This document shows, piece by piece, positions 56,059-64,000 of a stretch of 64,000 nucleotides of DNA. The position numbers were made by a program, and so were the translations under genes. A model generated the notes under the pieces. That model was not told the DNA's origin and made no database searches. It saw only the letters and a list, made by a program, of their open reading frames with translations. Every line of letters starts with the position of its first letter. Position 1 is the first letter of the stretch. The DNA is from Bacillota bacterium. GTDB taxonomy: Bacteria; Bacillota; UBA4882; UBA8346. The stretch lies in the NCBI GenBank assembly GCA_023426245.1, contig JAFABB010000011.1:24862-88861 (forward strand), given 5' to 3'.

Positions 56059-56472
56059 ATGCCTCATTCGTATAAAGAGTTATTCTATCATTTGGTTTGG
56101 TCAACCAAATATCGTGAGCCCTTCATTACAGAAGAGATTCAACCTGTTTTGCTAAAATTTTTAAAGGACAAAGCATCTGCGATTGGCTGCCGGATCTTTA
56201 CCTTTAATGCCATGAATGATCATGTTCATATCTTACTTTATATTCCCCCCAGTCTGGCAATATCCGTTGCAGTTAATAGATTAAAAGGCGCCAGTTCTCT
56301 GGAATTTAAAAACTATCTGCCGAATTTCGCATGGCAGAAAGGTTATGGTATTTTTTCTTTACGCCGTTCTGATCTGCCAATTGTACAAAACTATATCAAG
56401 AGCCAAGAAAAACATCATCTAAAGGGAACCATTAATATATCATGGGAAGCGCCGTTGGAGTCGGAAATATGA
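56059..56472 (+). CDS. tnpA: IS200/IS605-family Y1 (HUH) transposase TnpA; no tnpB; possibly RAYT-like
   Basis: 137 aa with YHLVWSTKYR, the HUH motif DHVHILL, and QKGYGIFS plus YI..Q..HH at the C-terminus. It is followed by the REP-like two-hairpin module. Confidence 0.9.
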   Translation: MPHSYKELFYHLVWSTKYREPFITEEIQPVLLKFLKDKASAIGCRIFTFNAMNDHVHILLYIPPSLAISVAVNRLKGASSLEFKNYLPNFAWQKGYGIFSLRRSDLPIVQNYIKSQEKHHLKGTINISWEAPLESEI

Positions 56473-56556
56473 TGATATTTATCATCCGCCAATTATCCAT
56501 CGCCCGTTCTGTCCGCCCAGACCTGAAGTTCTGGGCTATGCTTTTAAAACCATTCG

Positions 56557-56640
56557 AAACCCCGGCTTTGCCGGGGTCGGTTGTTCTTCGGGGCATCTTC
56601 AAAACATCTTCCTAGCCCCACCGTGAACGGTGGGGTGGAT
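56557..56640 (+). repeat. REP-like two-hairpin module adjacent to tnpA
   Basis: Hairpin 1 is accccgg-ctttg-ccggggt (56559-56577). Hairpin 2 is TAGC-CCCCACCG-tgaa-CGGTGGGG-TGGA (56612-56639). Order, spacing and flanks match 551-641, but the stem sequences differ. Confidence 0.65.
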
Positions 56641-56655
56641 GTATATAAACCAAAA

Positions 56656-59600
56656 CTATTGAACGATGACCTGATAATTACGAATTTCAACCATTCCGGC
56701 GCCCTGAACCAGATCATTGCCCAATTCTATACTGGTTATATACTGATTTTGGCTAATAATCCCCCTATCCAAAAGATAATCGATAAATGGGTCGAGCTCA
56801 AGCGGACCCCTTAAAGCCCATTGCCGTGCCACGAATAAGATGTAATTATATCCTGTAGTACTTGACTTATACGTTATATAAACATCATAATCGATACCGT
56901 TAACCGTAATTGAGCCTATTTTATCGCCATACGGCGTAACCCCGCGGTTATAAGTCCAGATCGAAATCTGATCGATAATATTCGCAACGGACGCCGGCAA
57001 TCCTGAAACCACCATCAGTGTCAAGTCCATATTACATTTGCCTGTAGTGAAAAGATCGACATCGAAGTTAACCGTTATACTCTTCGTACCGGCCAGGAAA
57101 GGCAGCCCGGCAATTCTTCCGGTCTGGGCATCCCAAGGTTTATCCCCGTAAACAACCTCCGGATATGCGAGAATATTGTCGGAATCGGGCCATATCCACT
57201 GCCAACCGAAGACCTTTTCCCCCGCGACCTCTTTTAAAAAGATTCGCTGTCCGCCTTCGCCCGCAACGGCTGCCTTATTCCAAACGTTGTTACTCACAAC
57301 ACCTCCATTATCGAGTGGAATACTCGCCCAATCAACCGGTGAACCGGTAATCATCTGCTCTGCTCTGGCTGGATCCAGTTTTGTCCGGAAGGCGTCGATG
57401 AGAGGCTGATTGCCGGAAGCCTCGTCGGGCAAGCCGTCGTTTGAATAAATCCCCATGTAATATTCGTGGTAAGCATGGTAAGTGAAATTAACCCCATATT
57501 TCTTTAGCAAATCCAACATATCCCCGACCCATTGCACACCGCCCTTGTTTTCAGCGAAACATTCCCGGTTTACGCCGAATTCGCCGACGAAAAGCGGTAC
57601 ATTGTTAATCAAACCGAAGGCTAAAAGCTTCTGCAAACCAGTTTCTAAGAGTGTCTTGTTGCGCCGAGGGGGCATCTGTCCGGAGACGCTTTTTTCGAAG
57701 TCGATTCTAAAGCGGCAAATGCTGTTGGGACCGACGTTTCTGCCCTTCGCCCAACCGCTGATTTTGTAATAATGGCTATCGATGACCGGAAATCGATACC
57801 GGTCCGAATAAAGGTTGGCATCCCCTGTAGTCTGTTCGACAAACAAACACCTTGTATGCACCGGATCTAAGCTATCGTACGCGCCTGCAAAATAGCCACT
57901 GCCGTCGGCACTCCACAGATTCCAATCCATCATCTCCATTGAGGTGATTTCAACGATTTTTCGGAGATAATTCATATTTTCATCATACTCTTCAATAACT
58001 ACACTATCAAAGCTGACCCTACCCGGCAGGTTCGCCGCCATAAAAGCCGGTTTTCCCGAGAAAATACCGGGGTCCGTTACCTTATATAAATCTCCGGAAT
58101 AATAGGTCCAGTCCGTATCGCCTGGGGGTACCGTCGGACAATTAAATGCCGCTTCAGCCCAGATAAGATCGGAAGGGTATGTTATGACCCCGGTTTCATA
58201 TCCCGGATATGTGCCGCCCTCCCCTAGTCCAGTCCAAGGAGTGTTCTGAAGGGTATAGGGAATCGGCTCATAAAAATGGAACGTATACATGGCGTTATCA
58301 TCATCGATTAGGAAAAAGTTCACATCGCTGCTCCAGGAATTATAGGTACCGTTCGTGCGTTCCACGATAACCAGATGATTGGAATCAACCGAGCGGATCG
58401 CATAAACGATCTGATTGGCGAGATTCTCCCATTGCCATGCCGGTCCTGCCGGAATCGGTTCGTTAAGAATATCGTAACCCGCAATTCTTGTCTCGCCTCG
58501 ATATCTTTGCGCAATGGCCTTCCAGAGCGCCACTAACCGCTTTTGGTTCTGCTGCTCATTCCAGAGCGCGGCGCCGCCTAAATTGGATTGATAACCGCCT
58601 TGAGGGACATGCATATTGAGAATAAGATAAACTCCATATTTTTTGGCCCAGGCGATATTCTGATCCAGCCAGTCCCAACCGCTTTGCCTATATTGATAGG
58701 GTTGGCTATCATCCTCGAACAATTGATAGTTCAAATAAAACCGGATGGCATTCATATTCATATCCTTAATGCGTTGGTAATCCAACTCATTGTGGTGCGC
58801 GACCGGAGGCGTTGACGCGTTATTCCAAACTTCATTGCCGAAAGACACCCCCTGGAGCCTGATGGGTGCATCCTCGGGGCCAATCACCAACTGCTCGCCT
58901 TTTCGTCGAACAAAGTTTGGATTACATGTCGGCATACCGGAGAGAACATACCATCCCTTTGGATTTCGCCCCTTGATTCCAAGCTTAATATCGGGATTTT
59001 CAAGGCTTTCATCCGTAAATAGGCCAATGGCCAGTTTGTATGTACCCAGGTGGTTTGTGAAGGAGAAGGAGAGATTTTCGGTTATGGATTGGCCAGGTAA
59101 CCATTGTTGCGGGTTGGACTTCTCCAACCATTTTTTCTCCACAACATCCCCGGTTGTGGCGTCAAGCAATGCCACTGCCACGTGGGCGGGGATGAATATC
59201 GGCGCAACTCCCTTGTTTCTCCACTGTAACATCAGGTTGGCTGATGAGTTCATGCCTTGTGAATCATAAATAGCCTTTTCCAGAACAAAATAATATCCCA
59301 TGCGGTTGCCGGTTTCGACCAAAACATCATGTTTCTCTCGATAAAACTCAGCCGTATCGCCATATTGACCCATACTGACATAAGTTGCACAGGAAGTCGC
59401 AATATCTTGGTAAAGATAATCATCCTGCCAAATGCCCTTATCGCGCATTTTAGGATAAGAGGAACAAAATTCCAGGATTGCGGGCAGTTTATTACGATAC
59501 TTCCATAGTTTACCCGCCCCGCTTCGATCAGCGATGGCGCCGTCGTTACGACCTGCAATTCCTTGATCGATACCCCAATAAAAGGCGGAATTAAGATTAT

Positions 59601-60351
59601 CCGTATCCGAATTGGCGGTAACTAATTGAAGATGTTTAAAAAGATTTCGATACATTTGCAGATGAAGGTTTTGATATTCCAATGCGGTAATCGTCTTCAT
59701 TGTTATAACGTTATTGGGATCGATAAATCCCATGACATGGTTCTCTCCCCAATTGCCATAACTCCGAATATCCATATAGGCGATATCCGGATTATCATCG
59801 TATCTTTCCGCCAATGCCCGCATAAATTTCTCAAGTTTTTGGAGGTAAACGGGATCATTCCAAACCGGGATCTGCTCAAAGTGGCTGGGTACATCGGTGG
59901 ATTGCATATAATAGCCGGCGGCTCCCGCATCAAATACATATTTCGGCGTCACATACAAACTAGAGGCAAAACCATTGCTGGGCATGACTCCAAACGCCAA
60001 TTTTTTTCCGTGAGCTTTACAGTCGGCTATCGCTTTGTCGATGTATTGCCACTGATAATCACCTTCCTCAGGCTCAAGCGTGCTCCAATTGAAACGAACA
60101 TACCCGATGCCGGCCGCGTTCCATGTATCCTCCGTTTGATTCATAAATGGTTCCATACTGTCATCGTTGCCATAAATAGCCCAACCTTTGCCGGGATTGA
60201 CAATCAATTCGCTCTTCCAATCGATTCGTTCCGGGAGGACAATCGTTTCGGTCTGTTGATCCCTGGCGCTGACCATGACGGCTGAACACAAAAAGACCAA
60301 AAATGCGGCGAAAAAGCCTAGTATCACGCGAATTACTTTTCCGGTGTTCAT
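56656..60351 (-). CDS. Secreted multi-module glycoside hydrolase: N-terminal DUF4874/DUF4832-like TIM-barrel region, central GH5 cellulase-type domain, C-terminal GH12-like beta-sandwich
   Basis: Signal/anchor GKVIRVILGFFAAFLVFLCSAVMV. GH5 motifs NAIRFY, YDILNEP (acid/base) and FVGEFG (nucleophile). The C-terminal NNVW...AYPEVVYG...SIELGN pattern resembles GH12. Confidence 0.8.
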   Translation of the reverse strand: MNTGKVIRVILGFFAAFLVFLCSAVMVSARDQQTETIVLPERIDWKSELIVNPGKGWAIYGNDDSMEPFMNQTEDTWNAAGIGYVRFNWSTLEPEEGDYQWQYIDKAIADCKAHGKKLAFGVMPSNGFASSLYVTPKYVFDAGAAGYYMQSTDVPSHFEQIPVWNDPVYLQKLEKFMRALAERYDDNPDIAYMDIRSYGNWGENHVMGFIDPNNVITMKTITALEYQNLHLQMYRNLFKHLQLVTANSDTDNLNSAFYWGIDQGIAGRNDGAIADRSGAGKLWKYRNKLPAILEFCSSYPKMRDKGIWQDDYLYQDIATSCATYVSMGQYGDTAEFYREKHDVLVETGNRMGYYFVLEKAIYDSQGMNSSANLMLQWRNKGVAPIFIPAHVAVALLDATTGDVVEKKWLEKSNPQQWLPGQSITENLSFSFTNHLGTYKLAIGLFTDESLENPDIKLGIKGRNPKGWYVLSGMPTCNPNFVRRKGEQLVIGPEDAPIRLQGVSFGNEVWNNASTPPVAHHNELDYQRIKDMNMNAIRFYLNYQLFEDDSQPYQYRQSGWDWLDQNIAWAKKYGVYLILNMHVPQGGYQSNLGGAALWNEQQNQKRLVALWKAIAQRYRGETRIAGYDILNEPIPAGPAWQWENLANQIVYAIRSVDSNHLVIVERTNGTYNSWSSDVNFFLIDDDNAMYTFHFYEPIPYTLQNTPWTGLGEGGTYPGYETGVITYPSDLIWAEAAFNCPTVPPGDTDWTYYSGDLYKVTDPGIFSGKPAFMAANLPGRVSFDSVVIEEYDENMNYLRKIVEITSMEMMDWNLWSADGSGYFAGAYDSLDPVHTRCLFVEQTTGDANLYSDRYRFPVIDSHYYKISGWAKGRNVGPNSICRFRIDFEKSVSGQMPPRRNKTLLETGLQKLLAFGLINNVPLFVGEFGVNRECFAENKGGVQWVGDMLDLLKKYGVNFTYHAYHEYYMGIYSNDGLPDEASGNQPLIDAFRTKLDPARAEQMITGSPVDWASIPLDNGGVVSNNVWNKAAVAGEGGQRIFLKEVAGEKVFGWQWIWPDSDNILAYPEVVYGDKPWDAQTGRIAGLPFLAGTKSITVNFDVDLFTTGKCNMDLTLMVVSGLPASVANIIDQISIWTYNRGVTPYGDKIGSITVNGIDYDVYITYKSSTTGYNYILFVARQWALRGPLELDPFIDYLLDRGIISQNQYITSIELGNDLVQGAGMVEIRNYQVIVQ

Positions 60352-60807
60352 TAGCGTTCCTCCTTATTTATCAATTTTTTGAGAGAAATAACATAATGAT
60401 TGATTTATTTTCAAATAATCATTTTGACAAAGCTCTGCCAGTACCTTAGATGGTTATATTTCGTCAAATTTACTGTTGCCCCGCAAATGGGCTGAAGGCG
60501 AACCATAGGTAAACAATTTTTTGTCAATTCAAAAATTATACAACGATGTCATAATATTACCATTAATCTTACTTATTGTAAATATATACCAAAAACAACT
60601 AATTAAAATTAAAAAACCCGCGATTTGTGGAATTCCCAAATTTGTCGCCAAGAAAACAAAAACCGGTTGAGTCTATGAAGAGACACCCGAGTCGGAACAA
60701 AAATCGATAAATCAATACAATACCCAAAATAAAGAGCTTACTCCTCATTCCCTCCCATCTGAAAGACTTCAACTATTTTGAAAGGCTTATCCCCTTTTAA
60801 AAAATCG

Positions 60808-60847
60808 TCTTTACGATTTCTTTACGCCCCTCTTCCCCTTCTTTACA
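60808..60847 (+). promoter_or_regulatory. Three TCTTTAC(G/A) direct repeats (11-bp and 21-bp phasing) upstream of kdp; OmpR/KdpE-type site candidate
   Basis: tctttacg at 60808-60815, tctttacg at 60819-60826, tctttaca at 60840-60847. A tataat follows at 60870-60875. The pattern resembles the T-rich TTTA(T/C)A direct repeats of the E. coli KdpE site. Confidence 0.45.
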
Positions 60848-60918
60848 CCCCTTTGACCCCGGATCGCTTTATAATAAGACCAAAGTTCATGCAAACATCG
60901 ATACCAGAGGTGGTGCAT

Positions 60919-61008
60919 ATGAAGGATTTTTTAGCGGATGTCGGCCTTTATGCTATTTTTGCGGCCGTGTCATTCATGATCAAAATCTATTTTGACTATC
61001 ATTCCTGA
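60919..61008 (+). CDS. Hypothetical 29-aa hydrophobic peptide upstream of kdpF
   Basis: MKDFLADVGLYAIFAAVSFMIKIYFDYHS with GAGGTGG 5 nt upstream of the ATG and one predicted TM helix. Support is the ORF and SD only. Confidence 0.35.
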   Translation: MKDFLADVGLYAIFAAVSFMIKIYFDYHS

Positions 61009-61128
61009 TTGCACAAACAACGGCCGGACCTAATAACTTAGAGACGGTAAAAAGTATTGAATCCTGTTTAATCTCTTGAGGGAGTGAGAAATCTATCGAT
61101 AATAAACAAAACCGGGGGGGGTTAAAAA

Positions 61129-61212
61129 ATGGACTTAATTGTCGGAGCCGTGGTGGCGGTAGGTTTATTAATATATCTGGTTTATGCTCTAGTAAAGGCG
61201 GAGGAGTTGTGA
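61129..61212 (+). CDS. kdpF: Potassium-transporting ATPase subunit F
   Basis: My translation is MDLIVGAVVAVGLLIYLVYALVKAEEL, 27 aa with a single TM helix, directly preceding kdpA. Below the ORF-track cutoff. Confidence 0.75.
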   Translation: MDLIVGAVVAVGLLIYLVYALVKAEEL

Positions 61213-62916
61213 TTGATAATGGATATCTTACAAATGCTCTTGATTTTAGCGGTTACTCTCATCCTGGCGTGGCCCCTGGGCCGTTATATCGCCAAGGTTT
61301 TTGGCGGGGAACGGACCTGGATGGATCCCTTGGGGCGTCCGGTGGAGCGCTTGCTCTACCGGATGGCCGGCATTGATCCCCAGCAGGAAATGGATTGGAA
61401 GCACTATGCTTTGGCATTGTTATCCTTCAACATACTCGGCATCCTATTCCTTTTCATACTCCAGCGGATTCAAGGGGTCCTGCCTTTTAATCCCCAACAC
61501 TTCGCCTCAGTTCCCGGAGTTTTGGCATTGAATACGGCGGTTAGTTTTGTAACCAACACCAACTGGCAGGCCTATTCCGGCGAAAGTACCCTTAGTTACT
61601 TGACCCAGGCTCTTGGCCTGACTGTGCAAAATTTTGTTTCGGCGGCCACCGGAATGGCGGTCGCCATCTCCCTCATCCGGGGGATTACCCGGAAGACCTG
61701 CCGTTTTATCGGCAATTTTTGGGTGGATCTGACCCGTTCCGTGGTCTGGATTTTGCTTCCCTTATCCCTGATACTGGCCCTTATCCTGACATCCCAAGGG
61801 GTGATTCAAAACTTCCACCATGATACGGCTGTTCAAACACTGGAAGAAAAAGTCCAGACCCTTCCGATGGGTCCGGTGGCTTCCCAGGAAGCCATTAAAG
61901 AATTGGGAACCAACGGCGGCGGATTTTTCAACGCCAATTCGGCCCATCCCTTTGAAAATCCGTCCCCTTTCACCAACCTTTTGGAAATCATGGCCTTGCT
62001 CTTGATTCCCATCGCCTTGACCTTCACTTTCGGCCATATGGCCGGTGAGGGCAGGCAAGGCCATGTCATCCTGGGAGCAATGCTGCTGTTATTTTTGGTG
62101 AGTTTAGGAATCGCTTACTGGAGTGAAGCGGAGGGCAATCCTCAAATTGCCGTCCTTGGCCTTAAAGGGCCCACCGCGATGGAGGGGAAAGAAGTCCGCT
62201 TTGGTATCGCCGGTTCAGTACTGTTTGCCGCGGCCACCTCCGCCACCTCGTGCGGAGCAGTCAATACCATGCATGACAGTCTCACCCCCCTGGGCGGATT
62301 CGTCCCCCTGTTTCAAATCATGCTGGGCGAGGTAGTCTTCGGCGGTGTGGGCGCCGGTCTTTATTCCATCCTGATCTTTGTTATTTTGGCGGTCTTTATC
62401 GTCGGATTGATGGTGGGCCGGACTCCCGAATACCTTGGTAAAAAAATCGAAAGCGCCGAAATTAAAATGGCCGTGCTGGGGATGGTAATCCCCTCCGCAT
62501 TAATCCTGGTCGGCAGTGCCATCGCAGCGGTAACCCGCGCCGGTTTGGGGTCGGTTACCAACCCGGGGCCTCACGGCTTAAGCCAGATTTTGTATGCCTT
62601 TTCTTCGGCTGCGGGCAATAACGGCAGCGCTTTCGCGGGGTTAAACGCCAACACATTATTTTACAACCTGATGCTGGCTTTGGCGATGTTCATCGGCCGC
62701 TTTGGAGTCATCCTGCCGGTACTAGCCATTGCCGGTTCCATGGCCGGTAAAAAAATCATCCCGTCCGGCCCGGGAACCTTCCAAACCAAGGGACTCCTTT
62801 TTACCTGTGTTTTGATTGGAACGATCCTGATTGTCGGCGCATTAACCTTTTTTCCGGCTTTAGCCCTGGGCCCCATCATTGAACACTTGGTGATGAATGC
62901 CGGAAAGACTTTTTAA
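61213..62916 (+). CDS. kdpA: Potassium-transporting ATPase subunit A
   Basis: 567 aa, polytopic, with KdpA selectivity-filter-like repeats (NTNWQ.Y.GE, LGTNGGGFFN.NSAHP, ..SCGAVN, ..NNGSAFAG). TTG at 61213 has GGAGGAG 6 nt upstream. An alternative ATG is at 61219. Confidence 0.95.
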   Translation: MIMDILQMLLILAVTLILAWPLGRYIAKVFGGERTWMDPLGRPVERLLYRMAGIDPQQEMDWKHYALALLSFNILGILFLFILQRIQGVLPFNPQHFASVPGVLALNTAVSFVTNTNWQAYSGESTLSYLTQALGLTVQNFVSAATGMAVAISLIRGITRKTCRFIGNFWVDLTRSVVWILLPLSLILALILTSQGVIQNFHHDTAVQTLEEKVQTLPMGPVASQEAIKELGTNGGGFFNANSAHPFENPSPFTNLLEIMALLLIPIALTFTFGHMAGEGRQGHVILGAMLLLFLVSLGIAYWSEAEGNPQIAVLGLKGPTAMEGKEVRFGIAGSVLFAAATSATSCGAVNTMHDSLTPLGGFVPLFQIMLGEVVFGGVGAGLYSILIFVILAVFIVGLMVGRTPEYLGKKIESAEIKMAVLGMVIPSALILVGSAIAAVTRAGLGSVTNPGPHGLSQILYAFSSAAGNNGSAFAGLNANTLFYNLMLALAMFIGRFGVILPVLAIAGSMAGKKIIPSGPGTFQTKGLLFTCVLIGTILIVGALTFFPALALGPIIEHLVMNAGKTF

Positions 62917-62931
62917 ATAGGGGGAATTTAA

Positions 62932-64000
62932 ATGAACCATGAAAAACAAGCTCCCAAAAACCTGAACCAGGCCATGGTCTGGCAGGCCGTCAAAGAATCC
63001 TTTGTCAAATTGAATCCCAAAACCCTTTGGAGAAATCCGGTCATGTTCGTGGTGGAAGTTTTAGCGGCGATGCTGTCCTTGTCAATCATCGCTAACCTCT
63101 GGACCCAGCGGCATACCGGACTTGGTTTCAACATTCAAGTCACTCTTTGGCTTTGGGTGACCGTGCTGTTCTCCAATTTCGCCGAAGCCCTGGCCGAAGG
63201 TCGCGGAAAAGCTCAGGCCGCGGCATTACGCCGGACCCGCAGTGAAACGACGGCTAAAAAACTCGCCGGGAATAAAACCCTCCCCACTCCGGCCGCAGAG
63301 TTGCGCAAGGGAGACCTGGTTTTGGTAGAACCGGGGGATATCATTCCCGGCGATGGTGAGGTGATTGAGGGTATCGCCTCTGTTGATGAAAGCGCGATTA
63401 CCGGCGAGTCGGCTCCGGTTATCCGCGAAGCCGGCGGCGATCGCAGCTCGGTTACGGGCGGCACCCGGGTGTTATCAGACTGGATCAGGGTGCGGATCTC
63501 CGCCGATCCCGGCGAAACCTTCCTGGACCGGATGATTCATCTTGTCGAGGGCGCCAAACGTCAAAAAACTCCCAATGAAATCGCTCTGACCATTTTGTTG
63601 CTGGCCCTGACCATCATCTTTTTACTGGCTGTGGTGACTTTGGAACCTTTGGCCATTTATTCGGGGGCTTCACCGTCCGTTACCGCCCTGGCTGCTTTGT
63701 TGGTGTGCCTGATCCCCACCACTATCGGCGGACTCCTTTCCGCTATCGGCATCGCCGGTATGGACCGGTTGTTGAAAAGGAACGTGATCGCCCTTTCCGG
63801 ACGGGCAGCGGAAGCGGCGGGTGATGTCGATGTGTTGCTGCTCGATAAGACGGGAACCATTACCCTGGGGAACCGGATGGCGACCGAATTCATTCCCGCT
63901 CCGGGGATCAGCGGGGAGGAGCTGGCCGATGCCGCCCAAATCGCTTCTTTATCGGATGAGACCCCGGAAGGCCGGAGTATCGTCATCCTTGCAAAAGAAA
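62932..64000 (+). CDS. kdpB: Potassium-transporting ATPase subunit B (5-prime partial, continues beyond the window)
   Basis: My translation starts [29 protein letters not shown]. It contains [21 protein letters not shown] and the phosphorylation site LDKTGTIT near 63843-63866. No stop codon before 64000. Confidence 0.9.
   Translation, partial: MNHEKQAPKNLNQAMVWQAVKESFVKLNPKTLWRNPVMFVVEVLAAMLSLSIIANLWTQRHTGLGFNIQVTLWLWVTVLFSNFAEALAEGRGKAQAAALRRTRSETTAKKLAGNKTLPTPAAELRKGDLVLVEPGDIIPGDGEVIEGIASVDESAITGESAPVIREAGGDRSSVTGGTRVLSDWIRVRISADPGETFLDRMIHLVEGAKRQKTPNEIALTILLLALTIIFLLAVVTLEPLAIYSGASPSVTALAALLVCLIPTTIGGLLSAIGIAGMDRLLKRNVIALSGRAAEAAGDVDVLLLDKTGTITLGNRMATEFIPAPGISGEELADAAQIASLSDETPEGRSIVILAKE

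Noticed and set aside
60778-61008. 76-aa ORF in the kdp leader
   Set aside because: Its 5-prime two thirds cover the TCTTTAC repeats and the putative promoter, and it begins at a TTG without an SD. Only the last 29 codons, which have their own ATG and SD, are retained as a low-confidence small ORF.
60352-61128. c-di-AMP (ydaO-type) or other riboswitch in front of kdp
   Set aside because: I could not find the conserved ydaO sequence blocks or a terminator/antiterminator arrangement. This needs a covariance-model search to settle.

Overview
This 64-kb segment reads like the chromosome (or a large secondary replicon) of an anaerobic Firmicute of low to moderate GC. The Clostridia-like gene content includes rubrerythrin, an NADH:rubredoxin-oxidoreductase-like flavoprotein, flavodoxin, DUF3793/DUF2325, a FeoB-associated Cys-rich peptide and a YesM/YesN-type two-component system. 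I call about 53 protein genes and saw no rRNA, tRNA or CRISPR array. Blocks in order: (1) 1-1866 is a gene-free stretch holding a ~545-bp degenerate 21-bp tandem array, bracketed by inverted copies of a two-hairpin REP-like module. (2) 1.9-10.4 kb: hydrolase, DUF3298-chagasin fusion, PadR plus methyltransferase, rubrerythrin plus flavoprotein reductase, thrS, XRE-cupin. (3) 10.8-13.2 kb: CsoR plus P1B-ATPase. (4) 13.3-26.4 kb, all on the minus strand: ABC exporter pair, AraC, a flavodoxin/methyltransferase/HD-GYP/DUF2325/DUF3793 operon, and a DtxR-like/feoA/feoA/feoB/fur-like/Cys-rich peptide cluster. Six copies of an intergenic GTTAG-N6-CTAAC palindrome tie this block together. (5) 26.6-60.4 kb is a plant-polysaccharide/pectin region: pectinesterase, YesM/YesN plus ABC importer, an MCP sharing its sensor domain with the kinase, LysM protein, MerR/Ogl-like/ABC/Mo-aldehyde oxidoreductase, a sugar ABC/split transketolase/isomerase/cupin cassette, AraC, a solitary IS200-type tnpA, and a 1231-aa multi-module glycoside hydrolase. 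(6) 60.8-64 kb: kdpF-kdpA-kdpB (kdpB runs off the window). No known defence or toxin system was recognised. The most unusual signals are the non-coding array element at the window start, the GTTAG-N6-CTAAC site set, and the duplicated sensor domain. All calls come from reading the sequence and ORF translations by eye. No database search was run, so family names rest on recalled motifs.
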